The position numbers and the translations under genes were made by a program. From contig SMSO01000031.1 of assembly GCA_004764695.1 (NCBI GenBank), positions 5,435,594 through 5,499,593 of the forward strand: DNA of 64,000 nucleotides, read 5' to 3'. The stretch is from Schizochytrium sp. TIO01. Taxonomy: Eukaryota; Protista; Bigyra: Labyrinthulomycetes. The notes below the pieces were generated by a model that saw only the letters and a program-made list of their open reading frames with translations, was not told the DNA's origin and did not search any database. Below, one piece after another: positions 1-13,150 of this stretch; within the stretch, counting starts at the first letter, position 1, and the number at the start of each line of letters is the position of its first letter.

Positions 1-1077
1 ATCCATTCGATAGCTCATTGACCCCAAGCTGGTGAGGATTTTCAACATGTTTGGCTAGCTACCCAGCTCATTGACCTGGAGACTCAAAGCGCAGACTGTG
101 TGCTCGCCTTAAGCCATGGTCCTGCCTATTGCCTCGCTGACTGCCTCGATCTTGGAACATCCTCAACAAACAACTCGCCTATTACTACAAGCTGGAAGAT
201 ATGTCAAGTTGAGGCATGGCCTGATACCGCAGAAACTCTTTGCCACTTTTCATGGTTTTTGCGCAAGCAAAGACTGATAATCACGGCTTAGTGTAGAAGA
301 TCTGAGAACTCTAACATCTATATGGATCCACACAGCTACAGTATGTGCACGAGATAGAATGTCTTTGAATCTGCAGCATCAATAGAGAGACGGATGTTGT
401 TGGACCCACCAGTCAGCTGGACTGCCTCTTCCTAGGGCGAAGAACATATTTTTTTACTCTTTTTTAAATCCCTCCAGTGTATTCAAAGGTTGTATATCCG
501 CCGTATTCTCTATAGCTTAGGATCACAGTTCCCACTTTCACATAGATCTTACCAACTCGAGTGTACCTGCCTACTACCTTTAGAGAATTATTGAGATTTA
601 AAGCTGCCTTGTTAGCTATAGGTCTGGCCGAGAGAAGGAAACCGCTTTATATGATATCTACATACATATATGTATCACAAACACGTCTTTCTTGATGGGA
701 GCAGAAGCATAGAAGAAAGAAACATGGTTATCGATTGATTTATTGATTACCGTTGGACTTTTGCTGCGCTGATCGCTTTATAGTTTGATTTCAAAATTGA
801 CCCATCTTCCAAAGAAGTAAGAATTTGTTATTCAACTCAATCCAGTAAAACAAAAGCTAATCATGGCTTCTTAGATCAAGCCTTGATTAAACAAGATTAA
901 GTTCCCAAGGCCCGCAATGTATCTCGCTTGTCATTTCAAAGAAAGATGTACTAATGCTACTTCAGACAATGCGGTGCAATAAAACTTAAGCTGAGGAGAA
1001 ATTAAGCTAGAAAACCCTCAGTCCATGGAATAAGGGAGAATTTGAGCTTAAAAGAAATGATGTTAAGAGTTTGACTA

Positions 1078-1078
1078 C

Positions 1079-1141
<63 letters not shown>
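1078..1141. repeat. (TTG)n microsatellite, about 21 units
   Basis: Perfect trinucleotide run. It explains the poly-N and poly-V ORFs. Confidence 0.97.
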
Positions 1142-2010
1142 CGAAGGAGTGGCTGGAGATGTTTGTGTGCGACATCATCAAAAGAGCCATCAAACATCTT
1201 TGAATTGCGAGCATACAGTAATAAGAGCTTTTGTTACTGGAAACAACTTACATCAAAGTGAACTTTTAACGGGGTTATTTCCTCTGCTTGTAAGTTAATT
1301 AATGTTGGAATCGAAGGGCTCTAAGACATAGAATTCAGGTTTGCTGCGCCAGACCAAATGACAGATTAACATATGAAGGGCGTACGTGCTCCTGTGGAGT
1401 GCCTCGAAATCATTTAGAGAGAGGGGAAGAAAAAACACCAAATATTAAACTATCAGCATTTATTAGCTCTAGGATGTATCCAAGAAAGGTTTGTTGTTGT
1501 CGCACAGTTTGTGACACAAGCCTCCTACGACGAAGACACATTCTGATCAGCAATGCTGACTTTCAGTGAAGGTGACGAAACTTTCATCATATGAACGTAG
1601 AAGAACGACCTATACATCATTCGAGAATAGTATTATAGCCAACTTAAACAATCAAACACAAAAGTACAAGGACTTATGTTAACTCCGCATGCAAGTTCGT
1701 GTTCTTACTCGAAGGTCAAAGGCCATCGCTAGCGTGAAGACAGACAGCTTATCATGATCAATTCCCTGTGAGGAAAGACCTGTAAAAGTGTCTCTCTCTC
1801 GCTGTAAATTTGAACCAGTTGTCAGTAACAGAGGACTGGGGCTGGGGCCATTCTCCAAGGTCTGGCCGAAAGGTCCATGTGTGAGAATTAAGAAGGATAC
1901 GCAAAAAGATTCACGTGTAAGACAGAATGGGAAACGAAAAGCCAACAATTTAGCGCAAAGAGGGGTGTGAGTCAATGAAACCAAAAGGGCTAAAGCAAAA
2001 AACTGAGAGC

Positions 2011-4840
2011 CTAAATTGGAACCTCTTCTGACCTATGGGAGGACTTGTGCGCTGATTTACGAGACTTTGATTTTGACGCAATAACTGCATCACCATTTGG
2101 GCGAAATCGGACGCCGTATTTGGTTCTCAAAGCTTTGAACAGGGCCTTGTGGCGGCCTTCAAAGTGGGAGAGCATCTTATCTACATCCTGGACACGGTCA
2201 GGGAGATTTTCAGTGTAAAATCGAAGCAAAGTCTGACGCAAAGAGACATCAGGATCCAGGGTACCTGATTCGTCGACATCAAGTGGGTCAACGCCACTCA
2301 TAAGGGGTGCCGCAAAGGTGACAACCTTGTTATCTGAAGTGTCGCCATCATCCTCAGGATTAACATCACCTTTGCTACCCGAGCGGCTCAGTAGTGCATC
2401 GACGTCTTGATTCTCATCATTGCTACGACTGCGTCCACCCAGCACAGAGGGCACCTGTGGCTCCCTAGAAACCCAGGTGCCGTCGCGATTGAAGCGAACC
2501 TTGTATTTGGCTTCAAGAGATGCAATGACCATGTCTTCCTTACCACCGTGTTGCTTGATCAGAGCCTGGACCGAACTGCGCGACTTCTTGGGTGCCACAA
2601 TGGAGAAAAAATCAACAAGAACCTCCTCAAGATCAAGGTCTGGGCGCAAAAAACGTGTGGCTTGATGCGCCTTTGCGGCCGTCAAACTGGAAACCAAACT
2701 CTGGTTACCGGAGTCGCGGCGACGGCGCAGCAGGGCTGCAACAATAGAACCTTTTTTCTTGCGGAAGGTTTTACCGTTCTTCTCTACCTTTTTCGTGAGC
2801 TCTTGGGACCCGGGAGGTACTGATGTGGCATATGAAAACGCTGATTTATAATCATCATCATCGTCGTCATCGTCATCGTCGTCGTCATCGTCACCTGCTG
2901 CAGTAGAAGCATCCCCAGCGCCAGCGGGTCGGGACTTCTTATAAGACTTTGTTGTTTTAGTGTCTGCGTCGTCATCATCACCAAACTCTGTAGTGGCCTC
3001 GTCATCGTCATCGTCGTCGTCATCGTCATCGTCATCGTCTCCATCTGCTGAAGCAGCTGATGTCGGCATTGAAGCCCAGGCTGAGGCAAGTGCACTGCGT
3101 GCCTTATCTTGAGCCCCTTCCAGGCCACCCCTTGGTGGTAGGAACTTGTGAAGTGCGGTATTGCGCACGAAGAATACTGTCCGCAGTGTTGCCACGGTCC
3201 TCGACAAGAGGAGCTGGCGCAACGCCTGAAATGGGTACATAGGCTGTGGATCTTCCACAAAGCCGCATGACCTCAAGTGCAATGCGCAAATACTTTGGTG
3301 CAAGAGGCTCCTCCCAATTATGGCTTGTGTCGCGGAAGACCTCGAGTGCGTACGCGAGTAGAGACTTTTTGCGTTCATTTTCGTGCCAGTTGTACCACAT
3401 TGGCGTATCCTTCTCATTGAACTCAAGGTCGATTGCTATGCGGAGAGTACGCGCGATAGCCTCTTCGCTCACATTACCCTCACTATTCTGAAAGATCCAA
3501 TCGTCATCGATGACCATGACCATGCGCGACAGAAGATCGACCTTCGCACTCTGCCCCTTCGTCCTCATCAGCAGGCCTAAGTTGGAACACACAACCTCCT
3601 CCTTCGGGTGCGGGAAGTCTAGCTGATGGAAGATCTTTAATGCCCTCGAGAACATGGTCTCTGCACTATCCAGGTCGCCCTTTTTCGCATAAAATGTACC
3701 AAGGTCTCCTGCCACTACAGCTACCTGGATGTCATCTTTTCCATAGAGTTCCTCCGTCACATACAAAGCCCTCTGTAAGATCGATGTCGCCTCGTCCAAG
3801 TACTCCGGCATATCTCCAAGCAAAAGCGCCAAGCGCACCGTAATCCGCTGTTCGTCGAGTTTGCTAAGAGCACCGTAAGATCCAGCAAGAGCAGTTCTGA
3901 AGAGGAGTTCAACGTGGTCTGAGCGTCGAGCGTCGGAGAGCAGTGAAGCAGTGTGATCGAGGAGTTCGATAAGCGGAATCCGCATGGCAGCTGACTCCTC
4001 ACCAGGCTTCTTGGTACGGTCATAGATGGTGGAGGACTTTCCGAGCGGCATGCTGAAGACGAAGTCGAGTCCACTGCTACGCAAGCTGTCGCCCTGGCTA
4101 AGGGACCCCGAAGTAACTGCGCCAGGGCCTCCTCCGGCGTTGCCTCCTCCAAGCATCAGTGAGAGCCTCTTTCTAAAGCTTGACCGCTTGTCTCCAGACG
4201 CTCCTCCATTGCTAGTGCTGCCAAGATAGCTGCCTCTATTGCTGCCTCGCGAGGTATCTCTAAGCAGGTCCCTTTGCGCGACCTCTGCGAGCTCTTCCTC
4301 CAGCAAAATTCCTGCATCACGGGCCCTTGCTCTGGCGTCCGCTTCGATGTCAGCTGCCTCTGACCCCTTTCCTTGCGCTGCAACGACTCCTGCGAGGTTA
4401 CACTTGGAACGCACAAGTAGCTCATTGATGGTCTCTGCGGCTTTAAGAGGTCCCTGTCGAGCGACGCTGCGCTCTAGAGACTTCACAAGCTCACGCAGTG
4501 CTTTATCAGCCTCACGGACCTTGCCCTGTTTCCAGTACAGCACGGCAAGGTAGTTTATCTGTGAGCGGAACTCGATAGAGCGCTCCCCACGAAGCTTTGA
4601 TGCGAGACTCAAGCTCTTGCGCAGAAGACGTTCACTGACCTCTAGGTCGTTCCGCTCGAGGTGGAGAAGTGAGAGACCTCGCGTTGCGACGAGGCGCTTT
4701 TCGGCATTGGACCTCTTTCCTGCAAACTGCTTCAATCGAACCAGGCGGGACTCTGCTGCAGAAGCAAGTTCATCAAACCGGCCAGGTGAAATCAGAGGCT
4801 CTCCCAAAGAAGGCCCACTGTCCACAGCCATGCTCATCAT
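2011..4840 (-). CDS. TPR-repeat protein with acidic tracts and two C-terminal ~45-aa helical repeats; one gene split by an apparent 1-nt frameshift near 3128-3131
   Basis: ORF 3104..4882 has kinesin-light-chain-like TPRs (INYLAVLYWKQGKVREA, AGDLGTFYAKKGDLDSAETMFSRALKI). Removing one G from AAG-GGGT joins it to the frame of 2011..3426 (KGGLEGAQDK...). First ATG is at 4840. Confidence 0.75.
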
Positions 4841-7800
4841 GGTCCGCACGTGCCAAAGAGTGCCACTCGCCAGGGACAGCACAGCAGAGTGGGGTACGAC
4901 TCAGCTGCTTGAGCCTGAGTTCGCCTGCCCACCCCCGCCTGCCTGCCCTGCCTGCCTGCCTGGAGCGGGCCTGCTCGCTCGCTGGCCGGCTGGCTGGCTA
5001 GCTTGTGACTTTGCTGCCTGGGCCAGTCTATAAATACGTGCGTTCTCTCAGACTCTTATTCACTCACTTTGAGTGTTTTGTAGTTTGTTCTTTCCACTTT
5101 TTTTCAGGCTAGTTGAAGAGTTTCTTGCTTTCGTCGATTGTTCTTACGGGTGACGGCGCGTAGAGTATTCCTCGGCTTGCCCAGACGCGAGGGCTGCAGG
5201 TTGGCCTGCAGGCCAGGTTTGGGGAACTGGGAGGGGTCGGAGTCGAACTAGAAGAGGTGCTCACTCACCCAAATTCTGCTTGGCTGATCGACTGATCAAC
5301 CAAATAACTTGATTGAGCAAATACTTTTTTTTTTCTTGTTCTTGTTTAACTTGCAACCCGTTCCCAAACGAAACACCGCGTGCTTGCGTGCAGCCAAGAA
5401 TCGCTCAATCGCTGTAGAATATCGGCCGATTTATTGAAGAGCGCTAGTCAATCGAGGAAGCCGCTCCGCCGCAAAGAATCGAGCACTCGAGGGCGATAAT
5501 ATAGGGGGACTTTAGAACTGCTCAAGCAACACGAGTCGCGGAGTTATAAGTCAACTTGAATGAAATCATTACAACCTCAAGTTCGTTCATTCAACTTCGA
5601 TGCATGCAAAAGAATTGGTTCTAGCCTAACAAGGCTATATGCAACGAATGCTTTCACCGACTGACTGATTGGCGCTTAGGTGGCGTGCGCCATGACCACT
5701 TTTGCTGCTCAGAAAGGCCAACTAAATTCTGCGCGTCGCGTGCGTCTTGCTTGTTCACGGCGTGATCGAGGTCAGTGTCCAGTGTCCTACCACCATTCTA
5801 GCATACTTCGTAATGGTGGTGCTATTATTGTTCTCACTTTGCCATTCTACTTTTTTCTTTCTGTAGTGCGTCGCTACCCCACCTACTAGTCATAATTGTA
5901 ATGGCCGTAACAAGCCCACGATGTTTGCTTGTTGGTTGTTGGTTGGTCAATGTTTGCTTGTTTATTTGTTTGACAGGGACAATGATCGTGGTTGCGTTGG
6001 TGGCGGGCATGGTTTTCATGATACTGATAAATACTTCCTACCGTGAGGTACTAGTACATGTTATTTTTAACTTATTGTTTTATTTAACTTTTTTAATTAA
6101 AAGATGATGTTCAGGTAACAAGAGTACCTAGTATATCAATCAAGTGCCTATTTAATATGAAAAACAACAGCGTTATGACGTCACAGAATGGTAGACAGAC
6201 TGACTTACAGACAGACTCATTTGTTTGAGATACTGTCTAGGTACCTAGTCTCTTTTATGAATTCCCCGAGCTCGAAGATGAGCTCGGTTTTGGGGTTTTA
6301 GCACTGAAAACTCAATAAAGGGGTGAACGAACCCACTTAGTAAGTACAGCATCTTCGAACGATAGACAGACCAAATAGACAGACGGAGAGAAGAATCACG
6401 TGCAGGTGCAGCGCGTGCACACTGTGTGCTCTTAATTTAAGTAAATAATTATACAACTTATACTACAGTAACATCTAAAATTAAGTAGTTGTATCACCTA
6501 GTTTGAAGCAAATACCGTCCACTAATGTTCCTAGGAAACTAGTTCACCCAGCTTGACAACCTAACTAGCCTTCGAATGAAGAGGCTAAGCGAGCTTGGGC
6601 GCAGGACCCAAGGGTCCTTGCAGATCTAAGAGCCCTGGAATGATGCAGAGACATTCTACAAAATCTTCCTTTTGCTAGTCTTCATGAAAGTAAAACTTGA
6701 AGTTTGCAGAATTGCGCGAATCTGAGGCTTGTGCTGGATCTCGCCAGTCCTAAGTGTGGGCGAGAGCCGAAAGTAAATGAAGTTCAACGACAGGAACTAA
6801 CTAGGCATAAAGCTATAGAAACTAAACAAATTGAAGGGACTATTGAAGGGTGTCAATTTGGGAGTTCTACCCCCATCTAGGAGGGCATACCACTGACAAC
6901 TCTATGAGGCAGAGACAATGAGTGGGGGCCTCTGTCTATCTGTGGGGAGAAAGACAGACCAACGACGCACGGGCATTCGACTGGCGAAGGAAGCCCCTCG
7001 GGCATCGTCACAATTATTGTTTTCAATCTCATAGATCAAGAATCAGAGATAGGTATTTCTAGGTACCTGCTTGTTCTAGAAATTAAATGTTCTTTAGCTC
7101 TACTTCTTAAATATCATTTTTACAGGCGCCATATGTGTTGATCTGAGTTTCATTAAAACCCAAGTCAAACGATGGATAGGAGGACCCTGCGAATGTTGCC
7201 AAGCTCTAGAGGAATGGTAGGTAGGTAGGTGCCTACTAGGTGTCAAGGTTCTGCTATTTGTGAATACGCTGACACGTTTTTTGTTTTTTTTAACTTTCGA
7301 TGGGAATGTATGAAACGTGGGGGTGAGGTCACTCTTCCCAGTTAGAGGTTATTCCTAACATACGTCAAGACTAAAGCAAACATTTATGTAATTGAACATC
7401 TTCATTTTTTATTCTGAAGAAATCGAGACTTTACTCGATTAACTCTTCTATTCGTTGGAGGCTAATGATACTCCTATCTGTCTTTTTACTTGGTCAAATC
7501 TCAAGCTTGAAGATTATCTGCTAAATTACAGTATTTATTTTAAATGCAAAATAGGAACTATTATCTCCTTCTTAGAAGATCATTCGAGGGAGGATTAATA
7601 GAGAGCTGTAAAATCTTCTGTCGTGGCGGATTACTGTGCCACCTTGAGGCGCAAGCAACCATACACGTGCCTTATCTAGATTATATTTGTTAAATGCAAA
7701 TAAGAAGTCTCACTAAGGAAAATAGTAAAATCACAAAACTCAACAAAGGTAAATTTAATGTTTCATATCGCAGTTGTCTTTCAAGAAAGCTATCTATACA

Positions 7801-8025
7801 ACTTCAAAGCGAACCACGAAATATCACGTCGTGCCTATGACGCTATCTTTTAAGAACCAAAGCAAGATGACAGGCCTTGGAAACTGAAGTTGTTGTAAAA
7901 AACTCTCTTTTAGCTCAATGCTCTTACTCTTGAGTAAACACTCGAGTGAAAGCAGGGCCCATGGATCATATCTCAGTTTAAGCGTTCATATAGATAGGGA
8001 GGCTTGCGCTATCTAAGTTCGAAGC

Positions 8026-10938
8026 TTAGTTGTCCTTCTCAGACGCTTGGCATACCAAATCGAAACGCGTCTCAGGTAAATCTTTCACATTAACATTATC
8101 ACGCTCGCGCTGAAGTTCTCCAACACAAGGTCCCCACTTGGCTTCGTTCCAGCTAGGCGCGAAGATACTGCAGAGATTCTCTATGATGTTTTGCGAAAAT
8201 GGATTGCCAGTAAAGTTCATTCGCTTAGTCTGCAGGAAAGTGTTCTGCTTGTTTAAAGTGCACGCCATAGCTTCGTATACAGAAGGCATAGCATCACCCT
8301 GCTTGATTTTAAGATAAGCAAACAAATGAGCCATAGATGGGACTAAGTCACGTACAAAGTCTTCGTAAAACATTGTCAAGACCGGAAATCCTGCATCGTC
8401 GCGAATAGGTCGCACATCAAACGAAAATAAACCTGTCATATTGCGCACGCGAGTGCTATTGTATTCACGCATACCATTACCTGGAAATTCGTGTATTTTA
8501 CCTTTCCGTACATCAAATCCATTAAGCCCTTCCCAAAAGTGCACAGTATCCGAAAACCATTGCGCCAGATCAACGATTTGGTTCGGATTTATAGCTTGTA
8601 GCTGTTCTATTGAGGTTGCTCCCTTATGACTGTCCCGTGATAGGATGCGATGCAGTTCTGCTAAGATTGCATCAAAGGGGGAGCGGATAATGAAGATTGC
8701 ACTTTCAAACAACGGCATCTTAGCAGGAGCGCCACTATTCCACATAGGATAATGCGATTTGACCACTGACGTCTGTTTATCTGCAGCAGGCAGCAACTCG
8801 CCTAAAAAGCCTTGATACATTGCAAGTTTTTTGTCTGAATATACTGACCCTGTGTAGTGTCTCGTGCCAGCGCGCACGATTCTTCGCAGCCATGTGTTCC
8901 CCGAACCAGGAAAGCTCACCAAGAACAATTTAGAGATGTCCTCTGATATGTCATAGAATGAATGGCCCTCTGTGCAGACTTTCGGGAGACAGGGAAAACC
9001 CTCATTGTGGATCTGGTTGAGTGCCTCAGATGCAAGCTTGGAAATTGCCGTGCGAGTCTCGGCTTCTTGCATTATGAAACTACTTGGTTTTTCACGATCA
9101 AACCATGGCTGCTCGGATGTCTCCTTACTTACCCCAAAACCGTCTGCAAGACTCAGCTTTTCATCCTCTGTATGCCTGGAGTGCCCCGACAACTCTGAGC
9201 TTTGCACCCATGTTGTATGTGAATTTTCCAGAGCATATGGTGACACTTTCATACTCAATTCAATTGAAACTAAGTCACTTCTTGGCAACTCACCTTCAAT
9301 ACTTCTATCTTTGTTTTCCTCGACCTTTTCAACAGGAGTGTAATATTCATCATTTCCAATAGATTTATCGTCCACATTTTCTTCATCATCCTCGTGTGCA
9401 TAGCCATGTTCATGCCTATGTTCTGCACCAGCTCCCTGTTCAACAATCATAGCAGAGCTATGAATGTTGTTGACCTGATGATCATATGATAATGCAGAAA
9501 GATCTTGCTCGACAGAAGATGGTGCAACTGTAGATTCATGTAAAATAGACGGCAAATTTTCTGTGGCTACCTTTTTGTTGCCTTCAACTACTCTCTCTAA
9601 CACGGTGACAATAGAGGCTGTCGGCGTCTGCGTAGTTTCCGCTTCAATAGCCCCTGAATTTACAGCAGTTGCATTAATTGAATCTTCTCCTGACTTAGCT
9701 TTGGAGGTAGACAATGTTGGAGAAGAATATACAGAGCTCCTAGTAGAGCTTGTAGAAGTTGCGCTATAAGATCTATTGCCGGTTGGAAGCGAAAGTCCTC
9801 CGGTTGCACTTGGCCGTGCTGGTGACGAGGTCTTTAGTTCGGATTTCGTTCCACTCACTGCTATGCTTGTCATTGGTAAACTCAAACTTGAACTAACCTG
9901 CATAGCTTGAGACAAGCTAGGAATCCTCTGTCTGGAGTAGGGCTGGATTTTTGGCTGATCTAAGCTTTGAGACACTTTTGATACCTCAGGATTTTCTAGG
10001 CCAGGAGAAAAGCTCAGATGACTGGGCTCATTAGAACGTGCTATTCCTGATATTGAGACATCTAGGGGCAATTCTATTTCATTCGTTGGTCGCTGAGTAG
10101 GATAGGTTTTGCCTAATAACTTGGTTGGCTTGGAAGTCGGGGAAGCTTGTCTCGTATGATTATTGAATGATCTCTGTAATAAGGATACACTTGGGCGTTT
10201 TGTGGCAAGGTTGTTTGAAGTGTTTACTGCTTTTCTCTGCTTCACCGGTATTTCATTTTGACTTTCATGAGCCACAGAGGTAGTTGCAGAAGCAGCACTG
10301 ATAGCAAGATTTGCCTCTGACTTTGCCTCTGACTTTGCATCTGACACTGACGTTGGTCGCTGAGTAGGATAGGTTTTGCTTAATAACTTGGTTGGCTTGG
10401 AAGTCGGGGAAGCTTGTCTCGTATGATTATTGAATGATCTCTGTAATAAGGATACACTTGGGCGTTTTGTGGCAAGATTGTTTGAAGTGTTTACTGCCTT
10501 TCTCTGCTTCACCGGTATTTCATTTTGACTTTCATGAGCCACAAAGGTAGTTGCGGAAGCAGCACTGATAGCAAGATTTGCCTCTGACTTTGCATCTGAC
10601 ACTGATGATGATGTGATTTGCAAGGATTCTGCACGATCGCTAACCTTGACTGTGTCTTGATGAAAAATACTTGCATCCACAGCTGTAGGAATGATATCTT
10701 GAACTGCATCATGCAGGTTTGGAGCGAGATCTCCGATTACAGGAATATCACTCTTGTAGCGAAGCGACGGTAGAAGAATATTCCATTCAAGTGCTAGCAA
10801 CGGGCCAATCGAAAGAATTACAAGCAGAACATACGAGGTGAGCTGAAGGCCCAGTACAACCTGGGGGAACATAGTTGGCGGTGAATCATTTTGTCGAAAG
10901 CTTCGGCGTAGTGGAAGAACACGCTGTTTACCAAGCAT
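8026..10938 (-). CDS. Type II membrane PAPS-dependent sulfotransferase (WSCD-like) with long Ser/Thr-rich stem
   Basis: N-terminal hydrophobic anchor, 5'-PSB motif LVSFPGSGNTWLR, VVKSH, 3'-PB motif IIRSPFDAILAE and YEDF. Confidence 0.85.
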   Translation of the reverse strand: MLGKQRVLPLRRSFRQNDSPPTMFPQVVLGLQLTSYVLLVILSIGPLLALEWNILLPSLRYKSDIPVIGDLAPNLHDAVQDIIPTAVDASIFHQDTVKVSDRAESLQITSSSVSDAKSEANLAISAASATTFVAHESQNEIPVKQRKAVNTSNNLATKRPSVSLLQRSFNNHTRQASPTSKPTKLLSKTYPTQRPTSVSDAKSEAKSEANLAISAASATTSVAHESQNEIPVKQRKAVNTSNNLATKRPSVSLLQRSFNNHTRQASPTSKPTKLLGKTYPTQRPTNEIELPLDVSISGIARSNEPSHLSFSPGLENPEVSKVSQSLDQPKIQPYSRQRIPSLSQAMQVSSSLSLPMTSIAVSGTKSELKTSSPARPSATGGLSLPTGNRSYSATSTSSTRSSVYSSPTLSTSKAKSGEDSINATAVNSGAIEAETTQTPTASIVTVLERVVEGNKKVATENLPSILHESTVAPSSVEQDLSALSYDHQVNNIHSSAMIVEQGAGAEHRHEHGYAHEDDEENVDDKSIGNDEYYTPVEKVEENKDRSIEGELPRSDLVSIELSMKVSPYALENSHTTWVQSSELSGHSRHTEDEKLSLADGFGVSKETSEQPWFDREKPSSFIMQEAETRTAISKLASEALNQIHNEGFPCLPKVCTEGHSFYDISEDISKLFLVSFPGSGNTWLRRIVRAGTRHYTGSVYSDKKLAMYQGFLGELLPAADKQTSVVKSHYPMWNSGAPAKMPLFESAIFIIRSPFDAILAELHRILSRDSHKGATSIEQLQAINPNQIVDLAQWFSDTVHFWEGLNGFDVRKGKIHEFPGNGMREYNSTRVRNMTGLFSFDVRPIRDDAGFPVLTMFYEDFVRDLVPSMAHLFAYLKIKQGDAMPSVYEAMACTLNKQNTFLQTKRMNFTGNPFSQNIIENLCSIFAPSWNEAKWGPCVGELQRERDNVNVKDLPETRFDLVCQASEKDN
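10084..10605. repeat. In-frame tandem duplication (~255-267 nt, 2 copies) inside the sulfotransferase stem
   Basis: cgttggtcgctgagtaggatagg recurs at 10084 and 10351. The ~85-aa block SVSDAKSEA...YPTQRPT is repeated almost exactly. Confidence 0.95.
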
Positions 10939-11259
10939 CAAGCTAGTCTAGCCAACCTTTGCTAAATAAGTTGCTTGTCTTGTTGTTTTTCAGATTGCTG
11001 TTCTGCACAGAAATATTGGGATACCAGTTTGCTCAACGGCACAACTACAAACTCAATCTCGAGATGATAGCGTTTTTGTTTTCTTCCAGGACTATAGAAA
11101 GAAGGTCAAAATGCAAGGAAGGAAAGGAAGTGCTATTTTTTTTCTTTTAAGGACAATAGGTGTTGTCTCTCTGTATTCATAGTTGCAGTGAAGCAGCATG
11201 GACGTTGCACAACGTCTATGGTCAGAGCAACATGGTAAGAAAACAGACATATTCAAGTT

Positions 11260-11262
<3 letters not shown>

Positions 11263-11290
<28 letters not shown>
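11263..11290. repeat. (AT)n microsatellite
   Basis: Perfect dinucleotide run. Confidence 0.9.
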
Positions 11291-11294
<4 letters not shown>

Positions 11295-13150
11295 CTTAGG
11301 TTTTAGCTCGTGGGGTTCCGGTGGTCAATTGCGAGGGTTCGCCGCCGATTGATATTACTAGTGGTGTGTTTCCAAATACGTAGTATATCACTAGGAGTAT
11401 TCTAATTTTTGTTCGTTACATTTGGGATACTTTGCACCTTTCGTTGGTCTACTAAGATAAACCCTATGAATACGTTATTTTGTTTCTTGTTTTCCCTGTC
11501 TAGAGTATTTTTTCTTTTTTAATTTTTTAAAGAAAAAAAAGAAAAAAAAAAGGTTAATTTATTTTATTTTATTTCTAAAAAGAAGAACGTTAGATGACTT
11601 GAGAGAACTTTGTATGTAAAGCAAAGAATGCTCAACATATTTATGTAGAAGCAGCCTCGGTTTGCGTGAAGGTGACACATATCCAAACGTTTGCTTATTC
11701 ATCAAAAGTTGGACTTACATGCCAAGCTGTCGATTAGTGTAAAGAAAAGAACCCCTGAAACTTAAATTCCTAAACAACAATGCATGAAAAGAAAAACAAC
11801 AGAAAAGTAGCACAAACCTTTCCCCAAGAGCTACCAGTCTCTCATGTTCGAACCAAGCCTAGTAGACACACTAGTAGGTATCACGAATGAACAAAAATGT
11901 TGGCCCTCCCCTTCTCTGGTAGTCGTATTGATGACAACACTAAAACTTGCTCATGAACATTAATGAGTGAGTTTGGCAACATATCAGGGACGCTTTGATG
12001 ATTTACAAACCATAGCACAGTAGGCACAGAGCGATCAACCAGGGCGCACGCTTGTGTTGACATGTTATGGAAAGGATGACCTACTATCTCATTGTGGCAG
12101 TTATGAGTTCTCCTTTACTCAGGCATTCGTGACCAAATCCAAGCTTCACTGTAGTAGTAGCAGTAGCCAGGTAGGTGGGCGACTCTTTTCCTTTTTTCAA
12201 ACAATGATTATTAGATATCTCTCTTTACACGAGCAGCATTACAATTTAAGCTGATGAGTATTACTTGGGCTTAGGTATCTGGGATAAGGCACCAAGAGCA
12301 ATGAGGCTGCGCAAGCATAAAAGGCTGATTCAATCACTGATTTATCTTCCGCCTATTTGAAACAGGAGTTGCAAATCCGGAAAATATTGACGGGATAAAC
12401 GTTGCCTAAAAGGATGAGCATGGAGTATTTGATGTATTTCGACTCTGTTTAAAATTTGGCCATGTCCATCCAAAAATTTGTGTTTTTTTCAAGGCCTCGA
12501 ACGAAAAAAGAAAATATATATTCTGACACAAACCGTCCAGCATCGTTTTTTTTTAAATAATAATAATAATAATTATTATTATTATAAGAAGCACATCCTT
12601 TAATTTGCATTGCTATCCTCACTGCACTGGTTTTACCTGTTTTATATAATGATTCTCCAAAGGTGATACGATGAAAATCAATAGCTTTTGCAGAGTACGA
12701 ACAATAAAAGAAGATGCATCTCGCAGTTTCAGTTTATCTTTTGAGAAAAGAGAGGGAAAAGAAAATGAAGTGCACTCGAACAAGCATGATTTTCCTATCA
12801 GGGGAGCTGCAATGTCGCACTTCTCTTGCTACCGCGGGCTTCGGTATCAGCGGTGAGACTTTTCACCTTCTACCAAAGATTGCAAACACGATGAGCAGAA
12901 TAGATAAATCGCAGCCGATTAAACAAAGGCAAGCACAATAAAGTAGAAAATTCGTGACTATCCGATTGTTTTTTATGTTTGACTGTGCAGTAAATTTAAA
13001 GGTGATATTGCAAAGGCACTCGGTCCAAACATATTGTTGAAGGAGTTGTGTAAGATCAACAGACGAGGTTTTGTATTCTTAAGTGCTCTCTTATTGGCAT
13101 CCTCTCTGAATGTATCAGTTTTGCATAATTTCAAAGTTGCAGGTTACACT

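Noticed and set aside
1002-1298. Poly-Asn and poly-Val ORFs
   Set aside because: Produced by the (TTG)n microsatellite.
3104-3426. Programmed frameshift or overlapping genes in the TPR locus (and frameshifts in the protease repeats)
   Set aside because: A single extra base in a G run explains it, and similar 1-nt indels appear in conserved 28S and 5S sequence, so assembly error is more likely. Needs a read check.
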